IMG/VR virus record: IMGVR_UViG_3300023184_000027
Location: 1 to 64,000 of that record
Direction: 5' to 3' (one strand)
DNA length: 64,000 bases
Below are positions 57,749-64,000 of the stretch, one piece after another. Within the stretch, counting starts at the first letter, position 1. Every line of letters starts with the position of its first letter. A model generated the notes under the pieces. It did no database searches. It had not been told where the DNA came from and worked only from the letters and a program-made list of their open reading frames with translations. The position numbers and the translations under genes are program-made.

Positions 57749-60700
57749 TTATGATATTTCAACCCAACTATTATCCGGACAGAAATATATTATATCATTT
57801 GTTGCGTCGGTACAATAACCAATGATTCTAACATTATTAAGTGATGCCGGTGGAGATGTTGAACTAAACGCTCCCGCAGTTGTTGATACATATAGTATAG
57901 AACCTAAAGTCGCTGAGGTAAATGATGTTGTACTAAATTTAGCATAACCTCTTAATAACATTCCACTACCAATTGTTGGCCCTAACGCCATACCTAATAA
58001 TCCTGTTGACCCAGAAACTGTTGTAGCATTTGCCAATGTCCAAGTACCACCAGTACTATAATAATAAACCGACCCGGCAGTTAATGTTGTACCTGTACCA
58101 AAATAAACAACTTCACCTGCACCTCCATTAACGGTAGGAACTGTATATATTTTATTTTTTTGAATATTAAGATTATTAACAAATGTTGTACAACTTGTTG
58201 TTGCTGTTAGAGAACTACCTATGATATGAACGTGTTGACAACTTACAGGTATTAAATTACATTTACCACCTAATATTGACGAATAAAATGCAGCGGTATC
58301 AATTTTATTACAATAACCACCAGAAATTGTAGATTCACTACCGTAATTCTTATTAAGACAACCACCACCAATATGTGAACAATTACCGCAAATCGTATTA
58401 GAATTACCACCACCGATAGAACCGTATGGTTGAGTGATACAATTACTATTACCACCTCCAATAAACCCTCCAGAAGATTTAATTATATTGAATAGACCAC
58501 CAGCAATTACAGAATTGTAATTAGTTGACTCAAATACACAATTAAAAGCACCCGCACCAATAAATGAATTAGAACCATTATTAGTATTTCGGTATCCACC
58601 ACCGATAACAGAATAACTACCACAAACAGTGTTTGCTAAACCTCCACCAATGAATGAAGAATCACCCCCTGGTAAACTTTTTGTTAAATTCCTAACAAAT
58701 GGAGTATTTCCAACACCGAAGTTTCCAACAGAAGCTGTTGCTCCGGTAACATTTACATATGTATATGAGCCGGTAAAAGTTGTTGCAGTCACCACAACAT
58801 TTCTAGAACAAGTAGAATCAAAAGTTAATAATAAGTCATTATTTGTAAAACAAGCAACACAATTACCAACAAACCTTAAACGACAAGCGGACATAACATA
58901 AGAACTCTCTATTGCTGGAGAATTACCCACCATATTTAAAACACCTCCATTAATATTTCCTTGACTACCACAAACAACATTTACTTGACCACCACCAACA
59001 AAACTAAAATTACTAGATACTTTATTATTATTACCTGAAACCATCCCTGAACCATAACCTATCGCACAATTACCACAACCACCTAAAATAGCCGCTCTAA
59101 CACCCGCAGTTTTATTAGAATTACCACCACCAATAACAGCGTCTTCACCACTATTAACAGCTCCCGCTATTGTATTAAATCTACCACCACCAATAAAACC
59201 TATTGTATTTGATATTGTATTATATCTACCACCACCAATTACCGAAGACTGACCACTCGCATTATTAGTATCACCACCACCAACAAACGAATAACTTCCA
59301 CTTATATTTTTACAACCACCCGCTATTGTTGAGTAAGAATTTAAAACACAATTTAAACGACCTCCGCTAATAGTTGATGAGGCTCCTGTTATACTATTAA
59401 GTACCCCACCACCAATTGTTGAATTACCATTAAGGATGTAATTACCAGAACCACCACCGATGGTTGAGTTACTCGATTTAACTGTATTTCCAAAACCACC
59501 ACTAATAGTTCCAAAAGTAATACTGTTACCAGATATTGCATTATCCTTACCACCACTAATGGTTGAATTACAATGGTCTGAACCATTAATTGTATTAGAA
59601 TATCCACCCCCGATAAATGAATTTTTTACTCGAACACCATAAATTGTATTGGATAACCCACCACTTACAGTATTGTCATATAAATAACGACTACTGGAAC
59701 CAAGACCTACTCTATTTAAATGACCACCACCAATAGTGTTACGTCCACTCGGATAAAGACTATTAGAGTTCATCATATTATTAGAACCACCCCCAATAAA
59801 AGACTCAAAATGCGAATACAACGAATTATCACATCCTCCACCAATAAATGAACAAGAAGAACACTCAACCTGATTGTTTCTACCACCCACGATTGTTCCA
59901 TGAGGAGATGAAGTATACACACAATTACAGTAACCACCTAAAGCCGCTGAATATACCCCATCTGCTTTATTACTAACACCACATCTAATGGATGAATTAG
60001 TACCACCACCTAATATGATAACGGGAGGATTAGGACTTGTTCCACTAGAACCCGCGGTACCCGATGAACCACTTGTTCCTGATGAACCACTAGCACCCGC
60101 AGCTCCTGATGTTCCTGAAGAACCACTAGTACCCGATGTTCCTTTAGTACCCGATGAACCACTAGTACCCGATGAGCCCGATACTCCTGTAACACCTGAC
60201 GTTCCTGATGAGCCCGATGCTCCTGTAACACCTGACGTTCCTGATGAACCACTTGTCCCACTAGACCCCGATGCTCCCGCAACCCCCGAAGTCCCTGATG
60301 AACCACTAGTTCCACTAGAACCTGATGTTCCTGATGTTCCACTAGAACCTGAAGTTCCCGATGTTCCACTAGAACCTGAAGTTCCCGATGTTCCTGAAGA
60401 ACCACTTGTCCCACTAGAACCTGATGTTCCTGAAGAACCACTCGTTCCGCTAGAACCTTTATCACCAGCTCTAGTAAAACTCACTATAACAGTATTTCCT
60501 GATATACTAGCTAATGACCCCGCATATGAAACGGAAGTAACACCAATTTGAGCATAACCAGCAGTTGTTGTAACACTTGTAATTTGATAATCACCATAAA
60601 GATTTACACCACCATAAGTTCTACCAAATCTTAAACTACCTTTTATTGTATTTGTACTTGCACCTAACGCTGTTAACCAAGATGTTGCAGTTCCACCTAT

Positions 60701-63700
60701 TCTATCCGTAAAACTAATTGATATTGTTGTTGTACCACTAAAATCCGGACCATTAAAATACATTTGACCTGAAGGTGGTGAACTTGGTCCAGTACTTAAT
60801 GCCGCTAAAGTCCATTCTAAACTATCACCACCATAATTACCATCTCTACCTGATGTTCCCGGTACGCCACTTGAGCCTGATGTTCCACTTGAACCCGATG
60901 TTCCTGAAGAACCCGACTCACCTGACGAACCACTAGTTCCCGATGAACCGCTAGTACCCGATGAACCACTTGTCCCTGATGTTCCTTTAGTTCCTGAAGA
61001 ACCTGAAGTTCCTGAAGAACCTGAAGACCCAGCAGCACCTGAAGCACCATTAATATTTGTTGTCCAACCCGTATAAGAACCTGAACCAGTTATATCAGTT
61101 ACTTTAACAGTTAAAAGTCCATTAGTAATATTGTAAACTTGAACTGTACCAATAAATGAACCTGAAGTATTCGCAATAATGATACTTTGACCTACAGTAT
61201 AAGACAATCCCAAAGATGTTGTTAATGATTGATTAGTATTAATAGATAAACTCGATAAATCTATAGGAGTTGTTGATTGACCTATAATTGCTAAACTAGT
61301 CCCCGATGAACCATCTCTACCCGCCGTTCCTGAAGAACCACTAGTCCCTGAAGTCCCTGAAGAACCACTTGTTCCACTAGAACCTGAAGTACCCGATGAA
61401 CCACTTGTTCCACTAGTTCCTGAAGAACCACTTGTCCCACTAGTCCCCGATGAACCTGAAGTACCTGAAGTACCTTTAGTTCCCGATGAACCACTTGTTC
61501 CACTAGAACCACTATTCCCACTAGTTCCTGATGTTCCACTAGACCCTGATGTTCCCGATGTACCACTAGAACCTGATGTTCCTGAAGAACCACTCGTTCC
61601 TGAAGTACCACTAGAACCACTTGTACCTGACGTTCCACTAGAACCACTTGTACCTGACGTTCCATTCGCACCTGATGAACCTGAAGTACCTGATGAACCA
61701 CTAGCACCTGAAGTTCCACTAGAACCTGACGTTCCTGATGAACCACTAGTTCCCGAAGAACCTGACGTTCCTGATGAACCCGATGCTCCTGCAACACCTG
61801 AAGTTCCTGATGAACCACTAGTCCCTGATGTTCCCGAAGAACCACTAGTCCCTGATGTTCCCGAAGAACCACTAGTCCCTGAAGAACCACTTGTTCCTGA
61901 TGTACCTTTAGTTCCTGAAGAACCACTTGTTCCACTAGAACCCGAAGACCCCGCAGCTCCTGATGTTCCTGAAGACCCCGCAGCACCTGATGTTCCTGAA
62001 GAACCACTAGTCCCTGATGAACCATTCTCACCTGATGAACCACTTGTCCCACTAGACCCCGATGCTCCCGCAACCCCTGAAGTCCCTGAAGTCCCTGATG
62101 AACCACTAGTTCCATTAGAACCTGAAGTCCCTGATGAACCACTAGTTCCACTAGAACCTGAAGTCCCTGATGTTCCACTAGAACCTGAAGTTCCCGATGT
62201 TCCTGAAGAACCACTTGTTCCACTAGAACCTGATGTTCCTGAAGAACCGCTAGTACCTGACGTACCACTAGAGCCGCTAGTACCTGACGTACCACTAGAG
62301 CCGCTAGTACCTGACGTACCACTAGAACCGCTAGCACCTGATGTTCCCGATGAACCACTTGTACCTGACGTTCCCGATGAACCGCTAGTTCCTGATGTTC
62401 CTTTAGTTCCTGAAGACCCTGACGTACCACTTGAACCTGATGTACCGCTTGAACCCGATGTACCACTAGTCCCTGAAGAACCACTTGTCCCTGATGTTCC
62501 TTTAGTTCCTGAAGAACCTGAAGTTCCTGAAGAACCTGAAGACCCAGCAGCACCTGAAGCACCATTAATATTTGTTGTCCAAGAGTTAAAATTTCCCGTT
62601 CCCGTTACACTAGTCACTAAAACAGTTAAAGTACCATCACCAATATTGTAAGCTTGAACTGTCCCGATAAATGAACCAGAAGGATTTGCAATAATTAAAC
62701 TCTGACCTACAGTATAAGACAATCCCGAATATGTTGTTAATAATTGAGGATTTCCAACCATTGAGGGTGATAAAGTTATAGGTGTTATTGATTGACCTAT
62801 AATAGCTAAACTTGTTCCCGATGAACCGTCCCTACCTGAAGACCCCGATGTCCCACTAGAACCTGTTGCCCCTGACGAACCACTTGTTCCACTAGAACCT
62901 GAAGTACCCGATGAACCACTCGCCCCACTAGAACCTGAAGACCCCGATGTCCCACTAGAACCTGTTGCCCCTGACGAACCACTTGTTCCACTAGAACCTG
63001 AAGTACCCGATGAACCACTCGCCCCACTAGAACCTGAAGTACCACTAGAACCACTAGTCCCTGATGTACCTGATGAACCACTAGTCCCTGATGTTCCACT
63101 TGACCCTGATGTTCCGCTTGACCCTGATGTTCCGCTTGACCCTGATGTTCCACTTGACCCTGATGTTCCACTTGACCCTGACGTTCCACTTGACCCTGAC
63201 GTTCCACTTGACCCTGACGTTCCACTTGACCCTGACGTTCCACTTGACCCTGACGTTCCACTAGTACCACTATTACCTGAAGAACCACTTGTTCCCGAAG
63301 AACCACTTGTTCCCGATGTTCCATTTGCTCCTGATGTCCCACTAGAACCGCTAGTTCCTGAAGAACCGCTAGTTCCTGAAGACCCTGACGTACCACTAGA
63401 ACCACTATTTCCTGAAGAACCACTTGTTCCTGAAGAACCACTTGTTCCTGATGTTCCACTTACCCCAGATGTTCCTGATGACCCTGAAGTTCCTGATGAA
63501 CCACTTGTTCCACTAGTTCCTGATGAACCACTTGTCCCACTAGTTCCTGATGAACCACTTGTCCCACTAGTCCCTGATGAACCACTAGTTCCTGACGTTC
63601 CTTTAGTTCCCGATGAACCACTTGTTCCACTAGAACCACTATTTCCACTTGTTCCTGATGAACCACTAGTCCCCGAAGAACCCGATGTTCCGCTAGACCC

Positions 63701-64000
63701 TGATATTCCTGATGTACCACTAGAACCTGATGTACCACTAGAACCTGACACCCCACTAGAACCTGATGTTCCTGAAGAACCTGATGTTCCACTAGAACCT
63801 TTATCACCAGCTCTAGCAAAACTCACTATTACCGTACCACCGGTTAAGTTTGAAGCACTACCATTAGATGAAACAGAAGTAACACCAATTTGTCCATAAC
63901 CATTTACTGTACTAGCACTAGTGATTTGATAATCACCATATATATTTGTTCCACCATAAGTTCGACTAATTCTTAAACCACCTTTTATTGTATTTGTACT
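57749..64000 (-). CDS. Giant collagen-like (Gly-Ser/Thr-Ser) tail-fibre-like protein, 5' end outside the window
   Basis: Hundreds of GSS/GTS triplets interrupted by repeated globular domains; IGGG..N repeats; frame stays open to base 64000. Confidence 0.8.
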   Translation of the reverse strand, partial: STNTIKGGLRISRTYGGTNIYGDYQITSASTVNGYGQIGVTSVSSNGSASNLTGGTVIVSFARAGDKGSSGTSGSSGTSGSSGVSGSSGTSGSSGTSGISGSSGTSGSSGTSGSSGTSGNSGSSGTSGSSGTKGTSGTSGSSGTSGTSGSSGTSGTSGSSGTSGTSGSSGTSGSSGTSGVSGTSGTSGSSGTSGSSGNSGSSGTSGSSGTSGSSGTSGSSGTSGANGTSGTSGSSGTSGSSGNSGTSGTSGSSGTSGSSGTSGSSGTSGSSGTSGSSGTSGSSGTSGSSGTSGSSGTSGSSGTSGTSGSSGTSGTSGSSGTSGSSGASGSSGTSGSSGTSGSSGATGSSGTSGSSGSSGASGSSGTSGSSGTSGSSGATGSSGTSGSSGRDGSSGTSLAIIGQSITPITLSPSMVGNPQLLTTYSGLSYTVGQSLIIANPSGSFIGTVQAYNIGDGTLTVLVTSVTGTGNFNSWTTNINGASGAAGSSGSSGTSGSSGTKGTSGTSGSSGTSGTSGSSGTSGSSGTSGSSGTKGTSGTSGSSGTSGTSGSSGTSGASGSSGTSGTSGSSGTSGTSGSSGTSGTSGSSGTSGSSGTSGSSGTSGTSGSSGTSGTSGSSGTSGSSGTSGSNGTSGSSGTSGTSGVAGASGSSGTSGSSGENGSSGTSGSSGTSGAAGSSGTSGAAGSSGSSGTSGSSGTKGTSGTSGSSGTSGSSGTSGTSGSSGTSGTSGSSGTSGVAGASGSSGTSGSSGTSGSSGTSGSSGTSGASGSSGTSGSSGANGTSGTSGSSGTSGTSGSSGTSGTSGSSGTSGSSGTSGTSGSSGTSGTSGNSGSSGTSGSSGTKGTSGTSGSSGTSGTSGSSGTSGTSGSSGTSGSSGTSGSSGTSGTSGSSGTAGRDGSSGTSLAIIGQSTTPIDLSSLSINTNQSLTTSLGLSYTVGQSIIIANTSGSFIGTVQVYNITNGLLTVKVTDITGSGSYTGWTTNINGASGAAGSSGSSGTSGSSGTKGTSGTSGSSGTSGSSGTSGSSGESGSSGTSGSSGTSGSSGVPGTSGRDGNYGGDSLEWTLAALSTGPSSPPSGQMYFNGPDFSGTTTISISFTDRIGGTATSWLTALGASTNTIKGSLRFGRTYGGVNLYGDYQITSVTTTAGYAQIGVTSVSYAGSLASISGNTVIVSFTRAGDKGSSGTSGSSGTSGSSGTSGSSGTSGTSGSSGTSGTSGSSGTSGTSGSSGTSGSSGTSGVAGASGSSGTSGSSGTSGVTGASGSSGTSGVTGVSGSSGTSGSSGTKGTSGTSGSSGTSGAAGASGSSGTSGSSGTAGSSGTSPNPPVIILGGGTNSSIRCGVSNKADGVYSAALGGYCNCVYTSSPHGTIVGGRNNQVECSSCSFIGGGCDNSLYSHFESFIGGGSNNMMNSNSLYPSGRNTIGGGHLNRVGLGSSSRYLYDNTVSGGLSNTIYGVRVKNSFIGGGYSNTINGSDHCNSTISGGKDNAISGNSITFGTISGGFGNTVKSSNSTIGGGSGNYILNGNSTIGGGVLNSITGASSTISGGRLNCVLNSYSTIAGGCKNISGSYSFVGGGDTNNASGQSSVIGGGRYNTISNTIGFIGGGRFNTIAGAVNSGEDAVIGGGNSNKTAGVRAAILGGCGNCAIGYGSGMVSGNNNKVSSNFSFVGGGQVNVVCGSQGNINGGVLNMVGNSPAIESSYVMSACRLRFVGNCVACFTNNDLLLTFDSTCSRNVVVTATTFTGSYTYVNVTGATASVGNFGVGNTPFVRNLTKSLPGGDSSFIGGGLANTVCGSYSVIGGGYRNTNNGSNSFIGAGAFNCVFESTNYNSVIAGGLFNIIKSSGGFIGGGNSNCITQPYGSIGGGNSNTICGNCSHIGGGCLNKNYGSESTISGGYCNKIDTAAFYSSILGGKCNLIPVSCQHVHIIGSSLTATTSCTTFVNNLNIQKNKIYTVPTVNGGAGEVVYFGTGTTLTAGSVYYYSTGGTWTLANATTVSGSTGLLGMALGPTIGSGMLLRGYAKFSTTSFTSATLGSILYVSTTAGAFSSTSPPASLNNVRIIGYCTDATNDIIYFCPDNSWVEIS

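Noticed and set aside
59988-63819. Long alternative-frame ORFs (VLVEHQ- and PDEPLV-rich)
   Set aside because: Shadows of the GSSGTS repeat in other frames and on the other strand
63824-63826. Listed start of the 2025-aa ORF
   Set aside because: An internal GTG; the frame is open to the window end and continues a repeated domain
1-64000. Alternative genetic code (stop reassignment)
   Set aside because: Genes are intact and tightly packed under code 11

Overview
AT-rich, densely coding 64-kb segment of a large (jumbo/huge-type) tailed dsDNA phage that most likely infects a Bacteroidetes host: many genes carry TTTG-N19/20-TAnnTTTG promoters. No core structural or replication genes are recognisable except two very large fibre/adhesin-like genes at the right end (a FISUMP + DUF285/BspA-type protein, and a Gly-Ser/Thr collagen-like protein running off the window). 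The rest is accessory: small hypothetical paralogues, five glycosyltransferase-like genes, free-standing HNH/GIY-YIG endonucleases, an intein-containing SPPY DNA methyltransferase, ferritin, a Nudix hydrolase, DHH, 2H (Acb1-like) and PlcP-like phosphoesterases, a flavodoxin-fold protein and a DUF6915/DUF6878 pair. The most striking pattern is that about 30 unrelated proteins share a short N-terminal leader ending in [I/L/V]-x-E (MKIIITE-, MNLQE.I.RI..MM..INE-, MKDLIKKILREE-type). Their genes mostly sit behind a conserved RTATTTAT motif rather than the host-type promoter. I infer a modular capsid-targeting/prohead-protease-cleavage system that loads a cargo library, including probable anti-defence enzymes, into the virion. 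Also notable are a gene-poor, G-run-rich region at about 15.3-17.4 kb with DnaA-box-like 9-mers, palindromes and a candidate small RNA (putative origin or terminus), a family of co-oriented cGNAg/sheared-GA hairpin repeats at 9.3-13.7 kb, and apparent GATC avoidance. All functional calls come from motifs read by eye; no database searches were run.
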